DNA of 64,000 nucleotides from Planctomycetota bacterium (GTDB taxonomy: Bacteria > Planctomycetota > B15-G4 > SIAN01): NCBI GenBank assembly GCA_031409275.1, contig JANNXA010000033.1, positions 128,001 through 192,000 of the forward strand, read 5' to 3'. Positions 1-9,498 of this stretch are shown here, one piece after another. The translations under genes were made by a program, and so were the position numbers. Positions within the stretch are counted from its first letter, which is position 1; each line of letters opens with the position of its first letter. The notes beneath the pieces are model-generated. The model saw only the letters and a list, made by a program, of their open reading frames with translations. It was not told where the DNA came from and searched no databases.

Positions 1-723
1 GGTCTGGATGTAGACGAAGCCGTTGTTCTCGCGGTTCGTCGTCGAGACGATCCCTTCCGACACGCTGCGTTCGAGCCCTTCCGGCGCGCCGATGGCGAAG
101 ACCGACTGTCCCTGCTTCAGGGTGTCGATGTCGCCGAGGAAGACCTTGGTCAGCTTGGTGTCGCCGAGCTCGGCGGCGTCGATTTGCAGCAGGGCGAGGT
201 CGACCTGCGGGTTGACCGCGACGATCCTCACGCGCTCGTAGACCTTGCGCTCGATCTGCTGGTTCACCATGCGGTAGACGGTGACCGTCACCTCGGTCTC
301 GCCCTGGACGACGTGGGCATTGGTGACGATGAACCCGTCGTCGCTGACGATGAACCCCGATCCGAGCGAGCTCGGGTTCTTGATGAGCACGACCCCTTCG
401 CCGAAGGTCTCGACCGCGTCGCGCACGGAGATCTCGGGGAGCGACTTCTTCGAGTAGAGGCCGCGCTTCGTTTCCGCTCCGGCCGGCGCGTCGTTGCCGG
501 TCTCGCCGCTTCGGCGCTCGAGGACCTGCGAGCGGGGCACCGTCAGCACGGTGAAGCCGAGGTCGACGTAGAGGGAGTCGTTCGTCTCCTTCAGGATGGC
601 GCCACGCACGATCGCGCCGCCCGCGAGCTGCAGCTCGTCGCCCTTCGCGTCGACGGCCAGCATCAGAACGGCCGCCAGCAGCCCGCTCGCCACCCGTCCG
701 TGTCCACTTTTGCGCCGCACCAT
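1..723 (-). CDS. Trypsin-like serine protease (S1C/HtrA-like), 3' end truncated by window edge
   Basis: Manual translation of the minus strand from ATG at 723 gives a hydrophobic N-terminus, then GSGFIVSDDGFIVTNAHVV, VDLALL and AIGAPEGLERSVSEGIVS..YIQT. It is absent from the ORF track because no stop lies in the window. Confidence 0.9.
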   Translation of the reverse strand, partial: MVRRKSGHGRVASGLLAAVLMLAVDAKGDELQLAGGAIVRGAILKETNDSLYVDLGFTVLTVPRSQVLERRSGETGNDAPAGAETKRGLYSKKSLPEISVRDAVETFGEGVVLIKNPSSLGSGFIVSDDGFIVTNAHVVQGETEVTVTVYRMVNQQIERKVYERVRIVAVNPQVDLALLQIDAAELGDTKLTKVFLGDIDTLKQGQSVFAIGAPEGLERSVSEGIVSTTNRENNGFVYIQT

Positions 724-837
724 CGTTCGCTCCTCGCCGCTCGTTGCCACCGCAGCCGCCAACGCAGGACGACCGGTACCATACCGCCCCCTTGAGCCGG
801 CGATTTCAGCGCCGGAGTGTCGCACGGAGTCGCATGG

Positions 838-3156
838 ATGAGACGACCACTCCCCTTCGCCTTCGCGGTGGCCGGCAGCCTCCTGATCGTCCCCTCCCGC
901 GGCGTGCCGCGACCGGAGGAGTACGGCTTCAGCGGCCTGATCAACTCGCGCCTGAACGACGGGCTGTTCAAGCTGATCGCCGCCGACGTCGACAGCGACG
1001 GCGACACCGACCTCGCGGTCATCAACAACTCGAAAGCGCGTCTCGATTTCCTGCTGCAGCGTCAACCCGGCGAGCCGCTCGGCGACTCGGCGTCGACGGA
1101 GGCAGGCGACCGGACCAATGACTTCGCCGACGAGGTCCACTTCCGCCGCGACTTCTTCGCCACCGAGCAGAAGGTCAGCGCGCTGGCCATCGCCGACCTG
1201 AACGGCGACGGCAAGAACGACCTCGCCTTCGTGGGCGACTCCGGCAAGCTCACGGTCGCCTACCGCGATGCCAAAGGCGGCTTCGGCGAGCGCGTGCGCC
1301 TCGACCTCGATGAGCTGTCGAACGTCGCGCAGGCGGTGCGCTGCGGCGACATCGACGGTGACGGGCGCAACGACGTGCTGGTGCTCGGCCGCCGCCGCAC
1401 GCAGCTCTTCCTGCAGGGCAGCGATGGTCGGCTGGTCGAGGCGCCGGAACTGCTGAACTCGACTTCGTCGCCCGACGGCTTCGCGCTCGCCGACCTCGAC
1501 GGCGACTCCCGCGGCGACCTCCTCTACGTGAAGGCGGATGCCGACGCGCCGCTGCGTTTCCGCCTCAATCGCGGCGGCGGCGAGTTCGGCCCCGAGCGCC
1601 TCTTCCCGTTCACGGAACTGCGCAGCTACGCCGTCACCGACCTCGACTTCGACGGGCGCACCGACCTCGCGGTCGTGCGACGCCGCAGCGGCCGCGTGGC
1701 GCTGCTCGAGTACGCCGGTGCCGGAGCCGTCGCGCGTGCCGGCGAGATCGTCCTTTCGTCGCCTCGTCTCGTGGCCTACTCGACGCAGAAGGACGAGAAG
1801 CCGCGCGACGAGCTGCTCGCCGACCTCGATGGTGATGGCAAGGTCGAACTGCTGGTCTGCGAACCGTCGGCGGCGCGCGTGGTCCGCCATGGCAGCGATC
1901 CCGATGGTCTCGCGAGCCGTGGCGAAGCGTTCGCGAGCCTGGTGGGTGCCCGCCATCCGCGGCTCGCCGATCTCGATGGCGACGGCCGCTTCGAACTGCT
2001 GGTGGCGGCGCCGGAGGAGGGGGCGATCGGCATCGCCAAGATCGGCGCCGACGGCCGTCCCGGCTTCCCCGAGCCGCTCGGCTACAAGGCCGACCAGCTC
2101 CTCGCGCTCGACGCCGCCGACCTCGACGGCAGCGGCAAGTCGAGCGTGGTCGCGTTGCTCGCCACCGGCAAGGGCGCGACGAAGAGCTACGCGCTCGCGC
2201 GCGTCGCCGCTGGCGAGCCCTTCTCGGTCGAGCTGAAGAAGCTGCCGACCGACCCGAGCGACCTGTGGCTGATCGACCTGAATCGCGACGGGCTGCGCGA
2301 TGCGTACATCACGGTGCCGACCGAAGTGCCGCGCATCCTGCTGGCCGGCAAGGGCAGCGACGGGAAGCTCGCCTTCACGCCGGTCGAGACGCAGGACGTT
2401 CCCGGCCTCGGGTTGCTGAAGGGAGTCGCCCGCACGGCGCTCTTCCATGGCGATGTCGATGGCGACGGCACGCTCGAGCTTCTGGTGCCCGGCCCCAACT
2501 TCGCGCGCGCCTTCACGCTGGGCGCGAAGGGGGTCCCGCAGGTGGTCGCGCAGTGGAACCTCGAGGAGGCATCCGCCAAGGTCGGCTGCGTCGCGGCCGG
2601 CGACCTCGACGGCGACGGCAAGCCGGAGATCCTGGTGCACGACCGCACCAGCCGCACGCTGCGCGCGCTGCGCATGGTCGACGGCGCGGCGCGCACGATC
2701 GCGCGCGTCGAGACGGCCGACCTCGAACCCAAGGGGCTGCGCGTCGCCGACCTCGACGGTGACGGCGCGCGCGACGTCGTGCTGTTGGGCGCCGAGCGCT
2801 TCGCGGTGGTCCAATCGGGCCGCGCCGACCCGGGCTTCGTCGAGACCGACGACTACGAGTGCCCGCTGAAGAACGCGTTCCTCGACCAGCTCGCGTTCGG
2901 CGACCTCAACTCGGACGGCATCGTCGATGCGGTGATCACCGACTCGAGCAAGCACCTGATCACCATCGCGGCCCACGTCGAAGGCAAGCTGCACCACGTG
3001 TTGCAGTTCCCGATCTACTCCGAGAGCATCTTCGAGCGAGACGGAGGCGGCGGCCGCGAGCCGCGCGAAATCGTCATCGCCGATTTCACGGGCGACCAGA
3101 AGGCCGACCTCGCGCTGCTGGTCCACGACCGCATCCTCGTCTATCCGCAGGAGTGA
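838..3156 (+). CDS. Secreted FG-GAP/VCBS repeat (beta-propeller) protein
   Basis: Many DxDGDGxxD repeats (ADVDSDGDTDL, ADLNGDGKNDL, GDLDGDGKPEI); signal-like N-terminus; GGAG upstream of ATG 838. Confidence 0.88.
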   Translation: MRRPLPFAFAVAGSLLIVPSRGVPRPEEYGFSGLINSRLNDGLFKLIAADVDSDGDTDLAVINNSKARLDFLLQRQPGEPLGDSASTEAGDRTNDFADEVHFRRDFFATEQKVSALAIADLNGDGKNDLAFVGDSGKLTVAYRDAKGGFGERVRLDLDELSNVAQAVRCGDIDGDGRNDVLVLGRRRTQLFLQGSDGRLVEAPELLNSTSSPDGFALADLDGDSRGDLLYVKADADAPLRFRLNRGGGEFGPERLFPFTELRSYAVTDLDFDGRTDLAVVRRRSGRVALLEYAGAGAVARAGEIVLSSPRLVAYSTQKDEKPRDELLADLDGDGKVELLVCEPSAARVVRHGSDPDGLASRGEAFASLVGARHPRLADLDGDGRFELLVAAPEEGAIGIAKIGADGRPGFPEPLGYKADQLLALDAADLDGSGKSSVVALLATGKGATKSYALARVAAGEPFSVELKKLPTDPSDLWLIDLNRDGLRDAYITVPTEVPRILLAGKGSDGKLAFTPVETQDVPGLGLLKGVARTALFHGDVDGDGTLELLVPGPNFARAFTLGAKGVPQVVAQWNLEEASAKVGCVAAGDLDGDGKPEILVHDRTSRTLRALRMVDGAARTIARVETADLEPKGLRVADLDGDGARDVVLLGAERFAVVQSGRADPGFVETDDYECPLKNAFLDQLAFGDLNSDGIVDAVITDSSKHLITIAAHVEGKLHHVLQFPIYSESIFERDGGGGREPREIVIADFTGDQKADLALLVHDRILVYPQE

Positions 3157-3161
3157 TTCCG

Positions 3162-5057
3162 ATGCCGCGTCCTTGGTTGATCGCCGCGTTGCCGTCCGCC
3201 TTGGCCCTGGTTCCGCAGGAGGCGCCGGCGCCCGCCGCTCCGGTCCGCGCGCCCGGCTACGAGACGATCTGCGCCGCCGACACGATGCTCTTCCTCGGCA
3301 TCGACCACCTCGATGACCTGCTCGCCGATTGGCGCGCTTCTGCGTACGGACGCATGCTCGCCGACGAGGGCGCGGCGCCGGTGCGCGCCAGCTTCGAAGC
3401 GATGCTCGCGGCGATGGCCGACGACTCGCGCGGCGAGTTCGGCGTCGACGTCGTCGACATGGTCCGCAAGATCGACGGGCGGCTCGGCTTCGCGGTCGCC
3501 GGCGACGTGATGGCCGATGCCCATGACGGCCACGGCATCGCCGCCTTCGAGTCGACCGAGCACGCCGACGAGCTGCGCGCGCTGATGGCGACGGCGCTGC
3601 AGAAGATGGTCGAGGCGGGCGAAGCGGTGGTGAAGCACGAGATGCTCGGCGAGCACGAGCTGATGCAGATCACGCCGCTGGGCGAGGGCGATCAGGGGCG
3701 CTTCCAGATGGCGCAGGCGGGCGGCACGCTCGCGCTCGGAACGGCGGTCGGCAAGGCGCTGGAGCGCGAGGACTTCGCGCGCTTCGTGCAGACGCTCGAT
3801 GGGCAAGGCGGCGAGACGCTCGCGGCGCAGCCGAGCTTCCGCGATTCGCTCGCCGCACGCAGCGGCGGGGTGAAGCTCTTCTTCGACACCGGCCGCCAGA
3901 TCCGCGCCGGCATGTCACCGCCACTCGAGGACGGCAGCGAAGCGCCTGATGCGCGACTGCAACGAGTGCTGGGGCTCGATCGGTTTGGCGCGCTCAGCTC
4001 CCACTTCACGATGAACGCGGAAGGGATGCACGCGCTGCTCCATCAGGCATGGGGCCAAGGCGGCATCGCGGCGGTGCTGCAGGCGCTGCTGGTCGGCGGA
4101 GATCACGGCCTCTTCAAGCTGCTGCCGGCCGATGCCGCGATGGCGGTCGGGTCGCAGTTCGACCTCAAGGCGGGCCTCGACGCGGCGGATCAGCTGGCGA
4201 AGGAAGCGGGAATGGGCCCGCTCTTCGGCGCTCCGCCGGCGGAAGGGAACTCGCCGGAGACGACGGCGGCTCCCGACGAGTTCCAGCCGCGCCGTGACCT
4301 GCTCGACCACCTCGACGGCCGCATCGCCTTCACTGCGGTGCCGACCGCGCCGGAGGAGTCGTTCATGATGAGCGGCCTGCAGGGCGGAGCGTCCGTCAAC
4401 TACGCGATGCTGCTCGGTACCCGGAACAGCGCAGCACTCGGCGCCTCGATCGACAAGTTGCTGCGCAGCCAGGGAATGCACGCCGCGCGCCGCAAGAGCG
4501 AGTTCGAGGGCTTCCTGATCTACACGCTGCCGCTCGGGATCACGACGATCCACTACACGATCGTCGATGACGCGATGATCACCTCGCCGTCACTCTCGAT
4601 CCTGCAGGACATCCTGCGCCGCCGCTCGAATGCGGAGCTCGCGAACCTCCACGCTTCAACCCTCTTCGCCCGGCAGCGGGAAGGGCTCGAGGGCTCGCCC
4701 GGTCTCCTGCTTTGGGTCGCGAACTCCCCGGAGCTCTTCGATTCCATGACGGGCGTCGCCGAACGGCAGGTGGAGAGCGGTGGCGGCTACTACGACGACG
4801 GGTCCGGCGACGACAACGGCAGCAACGACAGTGGCTACGACAGCGGCTACGACGAGGGCGAGTCGCGGCAGCCCGCGTCGGAAGGCGACGAGCCAGCGGC
4901 AGCGCCCGAGGATCCGGTGCAGCAGCGGGCGAAGGCGTTCCTCGAGGCGTTCAGTGCGCTCGACAATGCGCTGCTGAAGAAGCACCTGCCGGGCGGCTCG
5001 GTGATGGCGATGCGCTTCGATGCGGGCGGCGCCTGGCTCGAACTCGTTTCTCGCTGA
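3162..5057 (+). CDS. Exported hypothetical protein (possibly DUF3352-like)
   Basis: ATG 5 nt after the upstream stop; signal-like MPRPWLIAALPSALALVPQ; typical codon usage; acidic low-complexity insert near the C-terminus. Confidence 0.65.
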   Translation: MPRPWLIAALPSALALVPQEAPAPAAPVRAPGYETICAADTMLFLGIDHLDDLLADWRASAYGRMLADEGAAPVRASFEAMLAAMADDSRGEFGVDVVDMVRKIDGRLGFAVAGDVMADAHDGHGIAAFESTEHADELRALMATALQKMVEAGEAVVKHEMLGEHELMQITPLGEGDQGRFQMAQAGGTLALGTAVGKALEREDFARFVQTLDGQGGETLAAQPSFRDSLAARSGGVKLFFDTGRQIRAGMSPPLEDGSEAPDARLQRVLGLDRFGALSSHFTMNAEGMHALLHQAWGQGGIAAVLQALLVGGDHGLFKLLPADAAMAVGSQFDLKAGLDAADQLAKEAGMGPLFGAPPAEGNSPETTAAPDEFQPRRDLLDHLDGRIAFTAVPTAPEESFMMSGLQGGASVNYAMLLGTRNSAALGASIDKLLRSQGMHAARRKSEFEGFLIYTLPLGITTIHYTIVDDAMITSPSLSILQDILRRRSNAELANLHASTLFARQREGLEGSPGLLLWVANSPELFDSMTGVAERQVESGGGYYDDGSGDDNGSNDSGYDSGYDEGESRQPASEGDEPAAAPEDPVQQRAKAFLEAFSALDNALLKKHLPGGSVMAMRFDAGGAWLELVSR

Positions 5058-5072
5058 GCGCGCGCGCAGCCG

Positions 5073-6503
5073 TCAGCGAATCGCGACGGCGGCGTCGGAC
5101 TCGGCGGGTGGGGCCGGGAACGCGACGCCCGCCGCACGCAGCAGCGCGAACGGCGGCGTGCCGCCCGCGAAGATGAAGACGTGCTGGTTGTCGAGCGTGA
5201 CGGCGCGCGTGGAGTCTTGCTCGCGCACGGTGAGCGTGACCGCGTCACTGCCGATCACCGTCACCTCGCTGCGGAAGTAGACGGTGACCCGCCCGCCGAC
5301 CAGTCCGCTGTTGTTCCCGCTGGCATTCCCGCTGGCCTGCGCGGCCGCGATGCGTTCCTCGTTGCGCCGCTTGAGCCGGAAGAACGACTCCTTGCGGTAG
5401 CTGAGCGTCACTCGGTTGCCAGGTTGGCCAGCGAGCGCCAGCGCCGCCTCGACCGCGCTGTCACCGCCGCCCACCACGAGCACGTCGACGCCGCGGTAGA
5501 GCGCGGCATCGAGCAGGCGGTAGGCGACCTTGGTCTGCTCCTCGCCGGGGACTCCGAGCTTGCGTGGCGTGCCGCGCCGACCAAGCGCGAGCACCACCGA
5601 ACGGGCTCGCACCTCCGCGCGTTCGCCAGCCTCGCCGGTCTCGCTTTCGCCGGTGCGACGGGTGGTCACGACGAACGCGTCGCCGTCACGCAAGATCGAC
5701 TCGACGCACGTCTGCGCGCGTACGCGCAACGGGAAGCGGCGCGCGGCGTCCTCGAACAGCGAGACGAGCTCTTCCTTCAGGTACTCGTTCTTGGCCAGGC
5801 AACCGATCAGCGGCAGCTCGACCGGTTGCGTCATGACCAGCTTCTGGCGCGGATAGTGCAGCAGCGTGCCGCCCAACGCGTCCTGCTCGATCAGGACGTG
5901 GGAGAGCTCGAGCTCGATGGAACGCAGCGCGGCAGCAAGCCCCGCCGGCCCGGCGCCGACGATGGCGACATCGACCGTCTCGGCGTCACGTCGGTGGGAC
6001 GGCGCACGGTCGCGGCGCCGCGCGATCTCGTCGACCGCGGTGGTGGCCTGCCCGATGGCATGCCGGATGAGCGCGATGCCCGAGAGTTCGCCGGCGATGA
6101 AGAGGCCCGGCACGCTCGATTCCTGGACGGCGGAGAGCAGCGGCAGATCCTCGCGCAGCGCCAGCGCACCGAGTCCGACGTGGATCGCGCCGACCGGACA
6201 GGCCGTTTCGCAGCGACCGTGACCGACGCAGCGCGCGCCATGGACGACTCGCGCGACGCCGTCCAGCACCGCCAGCACCCCCTCTTCGGGGCACGCCTTC
6301 ACGCACAGCCCGCAGCCGACGCACTGCAGCGCGGCGATCTGCGGATGCTGTGCCGTCGGTTCGGCGGAGCCGCGCGCGCGCGCTTCGTCGAGCTCGGCAC
6401 GCGCCGACGCCTCGCGCTGGCGTGCCGCGCGCCGCTCGATCCAGGCCAGCGCGAGCAGCAGCGGCACGAGGGCGGCGCAGAATCCGAGGAGCGGCAGCAG
6501 CAT
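5073..6503 (-). CDS. Membrane-anchored 2x[4Fe-4S] ferredoxin / FAD-NAD(P)H oxidoreductase fusion (TrxR/FNR/YpdA-like)
   Basis: N-terminal TM helix; CVGCGLCVKACP and CVGHGRCETACP; FAD motif VAIVGAGPAG; NAD(P) motif VVGGGDSAVE; VPGLFIAGE. Confidence 0.88.
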   Translation of the reverse strand: MLLPLLGFCAALVPLLLALAWIERRAARQREASARAELDEARARGSAEPTAQHPQIAALQCVGCGLCVKACPEEGVLAVLDGVARVVHGARCVGHGRCETACPVGAIHVGLGALALREDLPLLSAVQESSVPGLFIAGELSGIALIRHAIGQATTAVDEIARRRDRAPSHRRDAETVDVAIVGAGPAGLAAALRSIELELSHVLIEQDALGGTLLHYPRQKLVMTQPVELPLIGCLAKNEYLKEELVSLFEDAARRFPLRVRAQTCVESILRDGDAFVVTTRRTGESETGEAGERAEVRARSVVLALGRRGTPRKLGVPGEEQTKVAYRLLDAALYRGVDVLVVGGGDSAVEAALALAGQPGNRVTLSYRKESFFRLKRRNEERIAAAQASGNASGNNSGLVGGRVTVYFRSEVTVIGSDAVTLTVREQDSTRAVTLDNQHVFIFAGGTPPFALLRAAGVAFPAPPAESDAAVAIR

Positions 6504-6544
6504 GAAGTCTCAGTCTCGCAAAGAGGTGCTGGAACGTGCGTCGC

Positions 6545-8206
6545 TCAAAAGCGCCAGGTGAGCCCGAGGTCGAGCGACAGCGTGTCGATCGAGTCGCCGA
6601 GGCTCTTGGCGACGCGCGTCCACAACAGCGACTTCGCGCCGAGCTGCTGCGTCAGGAACAACGACGCCGTATGGCTGAAGTACGCGTCGCCGCCGTCGAT
6701 CTCGAGCGTGGTCGCGTCGTAGCCAAGCCGCAACGAAGTGGCTGCGGTCGGAGTCCAGGTGAGACCTCCGCTGCCGCCGAAGCCCGACTGATCGAGGCCG
6801 ACGAGGTTGAACAGGGCGAGATCGCCGCCGATCGTCTCCCAGCCAAACAGCTTCGAATCGCGGGAGCGCAAGGTGACCTGCAGAGCGCTTGGAGTGCCGT
6901 CGCCCATCACTTCGGCGACCTCCTGCTCGAGCGCGAGACCGGACTTCCATGTCTCGACGGCGGCAAGGGCCGCGCGCGTGCGACCACGCCCATACAGAGC
7001 GTCGTCGGCAGCGATCTGGCGCAGCGAATCGGTGTCGGGGTTCTCGTAGTGCGACCAGGTGGCGCGCAGGCCGAAGGGTTCGCTTGCTTGCCAGAAACCG
7101 CTGGCGTGCAGCCGCGTGAGACCGGCGCCCGAGCGGCGCGCCTCGTTGCCGTCGTAGACGTCGACCTGCGCGGAGGTGCGCAGCCAGTGGCCGCCTCTGA
7201 AGTTGGCGCTGACTTCGCCAAGCAGCGCGTGCTGATCGGCACTTCCTTGGAACCAGCTCGCCATGGCGCCGCCGGTCGCGGCGAGGCGCGAGCCGCCGCT
7301 GCCGCGATGCTCGAGCGCGCCCCAGCCCGCGAGGACGAGCTCATCGCTGCGCGGCGCAAGCTCGTCGCGATCGGGACGGAAGCCGAGCAAGGCACCGACG
7401 CGCGCGCCGTCGCCGACGACCTTCTCGGCATAGCTGCCGTCGATGCGGCCGATGCCGGGCAGCGCCTGCGGGAGGAAGCGGCCGATGCCGAGGACGCTGC
7501 CGTCCTCGAAATGGCGGCGCAACACCAACGTGTCGGCGCGCAGCCGCCACTCGTCCTGCTTGGGATCGCCGTCGTAGCCATCCCCGCTGCGCCGATTCAC
7601 GTCGAAGCGGAACTGCAGTGACCACGGATCGCCGCCGAGGCGCTCGACATCGCCGCTGGCGAAGAGGCGCAGGTTGGCGTAGTCGCGACCGTTCTCCGCG
7701 TCGTGCAGCCATCCGCTGGTGAGGCCGGTGGTGCCGTGGAAGAAGTTGCCGCGCGTCGTCGTTCCCGCCGCGACGGAGGGCGCCAGCAACGGCCGGAACG
7801 GCGCGTTCGGGTCGGTGCGTTCGCCGGTCGCTGGCGCGCGCGGGGTCGTCTCGCTCGGCGGTGCCAGGCCGCGCAGCACGGCGCGATCGCCGGCCTTCAC
7901 GACCACTCCCGGCTCGGTCGACACGAACGCCGCGAAGCACGACGTCGCGCTGACGTGCCGCACTTCGAACTCGGCGAGCACGCGACCGTCGCGCTCGATG
8001 CTCCCGCGCGTGCCAGCGACGACGCCAGCATCGCTGCCTGCCCCGAGATAGACGCCGTCGGCGGCGACCTGGGTGACCGTTGCTTCAACGTCACGAGCGA
8101 CGTCGCGCGCGCTGCGATGGGCGACCTCCTGAGCCGCCGCGTTGCCGGCCGCGGCCGAGCCGAGCAGCGCGAGGAGCGTCGCCGCGATGCGGTGTGCCGC
8201 GTTCAT
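6545..8206 (-). CDS. Putative outer-membrane beta-barrel protein with small N-terminal periplasmic domain
   Basis: ATG 8206 overlaps the upstream TGA (ATGA); signal peptide MNAAHRIAATLLALLGSAAAGNAAAQ; amphipathic beta-strands; C-terminal LDLGLTWRF, a typical BAM signal. Confidence 0.78.
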   Translation of the reverse strand: MNAAHRIAATLLALLGSAAAGNAAAQEVAHRSARDVARDVEATVTQVAADGVYLGAGSDAGVVAGTRGSIERDGRVLAEFEVRHVSATSCFAAFVSTEPGVVVKAGDRAVLRGLAPPSETTPRAPATGERTDPNAPFRPLLAPSVAAGTTTRGNFFHGTTGLTSGWLHDAENGRDYANLRLFASGDVERLGGDPWSLQFRFDVNRRSGDGYDGDPKQDEWRLRADTLVLRRHFEDGSVLGIGRFLPQALPGIGRIDGSYAEKVVGDGARVGALLGFRPDRDELAPRSDELVLAGWGALEHRGSGGSRLAATGGAMASWFQGSADQHALLGEVSANFRGGHWLRTSAQVDVYDGNEARRSGAGLTRLHASGFWQASEPFGLRATWSHYENPDTDSLRQIAADDALYGRGRTRAALAAVETWKSGLALEQEVAEVMGDGTPSALQVTLRSRDSKLFGWETIGGDLALFNLVGLDQSGFGGSGGLTWTPTAATSLRLGYDATTLEIDGGDAYFSHTASLFLTQQLGAKSLLWTRVAKSLGDSIDTLSLDLGLTWRF

Positions 8207-9498
8207 TCGCGGCCATCCGGATGGCAGGAGAAGCACGCCGGGCTGCTCCAGCTGTAGCCGTTCACCCCTTGATGTTCGGAGTCCATCTTCGACTTGCGGT
8301 GCTCGTGGCAGTCGATGCAGGAGAACGCGGGGTAGTTGCCGGTCGTGTGGCAGTCGGCGCAACCGAGCCCACCGTGATTTCCGCTGAGGGGGAAGGAGTC
8401 GTGGTCGAACCTGCCATCGCCCCAAGTGGCCGGCGTGTGGCACTGCTCGCAGTTGGTGCCGAATCCGGCGGCGGCGTGGTCGGGGTTCTGCGTTCCGGCG
8501 TAGTCGTCGGCGTGACAGCTGTAGCAGTCGCGCGGCGTTCCGGCGTAGATGCCGTTCCCGTGGCATGCGCTGCACGCGAGCGACGCGTGCTGACCCTGCA
8601 GCGGGAAGGTGGTGTGGAGGAAGCCGCCCGCGCCCCAGCCGATGGGCGTGTGGCACTGCTCGCAGCTCGTTCCAAAGCCACTCGACGAGTGCGGCGGGTT
8701 CTGGGTGCCGGCGTAGTCGTTGACATGGCAGCTGTAGCAGTCGCGCGGCGTGCCGGCGAACACGCCACCCACGTGGCAGTCGGAACAGTCGACCGAGCGA
8801 TGCTGGCCGAGCAGCGCGAAGGTGGTGTGGTTGAAGTGCGCCGCGTTCCATGCGGTGGCCGAGTGGCAGCGCTGGCAGTCGTCGCGATAGCCGAGCGCGA
8901 GGTGGTCGGGACTGGTCGCGCGCGCGAGATCGTCCTGATGGCACGCGGCGCACTCGAGCGGCGCGCCGACGAAGCGGCCGACGCGCGACTGTTCATGGCA
9001 GCGATCGCAGGCGGCGGCGAGGTGAGCACCCGCCAGCGGGAAGCGCGTCTTCGCATGCTCGGCGATCAGGCCGGTTGGCTGCCATTGCTGCTGCGAGTGG
9101 CATTGCGTGCAGTCGTTGCCGAGCGTGCTGTCGTGCGGGTCAAGGTGGCAGCCACCGCAGCCGCGCACCGCGAACTCGCGCACCGGGCCGCGGTCGTTGT
9201 GGCAGCGCAGGCAGCTGGCGGTCGCGTGCGCTCCTTCGAGCGCGAGGCCCGTTTGCGCGGCGTGGTCGAAGGTGAAGTCGCTCTTCAGCACGTCCCAGCG
9301 TTCTGGCAGGTGGCAGAGCGAGCAGTCGGTCGGAAAGGTGCGATGGGGGACGAGCGGGCCGAAGCGCCCCTCGTCCCAGCTCTGCCTTGGCGCCGAGGTG
9401 AGTGCGTAGCACGCCGCCAGCAGCGAGACGCCGGCGAGCGCGAGGAGGGCGCGGCGTCGCGCAGCACGCAACGGGTCAGCGTCCGGTGTGGCAGTCAC
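8203..9498 (-). CDS. Multiheme cytochrome c, 16 CxxCH motifs, probable lipoprotein
   Basis: 16 CxxCH counted by hand; lipobox-like RRRALLALAGVSLLAAC; repeated triheme units. Start is GTG 9498 or TTG 9507. Confidence 0.92.
   Translation of the reverse strand: MTATPDADPLRAARRRALLALAGVSLLAACYALTSAPRQSWDEGRFGPLVPHRTFPTDCSLCHLPERWDVLKSDFTFDHAAQTGLALEGAHATASCLRCHNDRGPVREFAVRGCGGCHLDPHDSTLGNDCTQCHSQQQWQPTGLIAEHAKTRFPLAGAHLAAACDRCHEQSRVGRFVGAPLECAACHQDDLARATSPDHLALGYRDDCQRCHSATAWNAAHFNHTTFALLGQHRSVDCSDCHVGGVFAGTPRDCYSCHVNDYAGTQNPPHSSSGFGTSCEQCHTPIGWGAGGFLHTTFPLQGQHASLACSACHGNGIYAGTPRDCYSCHADDYAGTQNPDHAAAGFGTNCEQCHTPATWGDGRFDHDSFPLSGNHGGLGCADCHTTGNYPAFSCIDCHEHRKSKMDSEHQGVNGYSWSSPACFSCHPDGRE

Noticed and set aside
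838..3156. Recurring GACCTCGACGGCGACGGC DNA repeats as a possible CRISPR array or REP elements
   Set aside because: They are irregularly spaced, in frame, and encode FG-GAP DLDGDG motifs.
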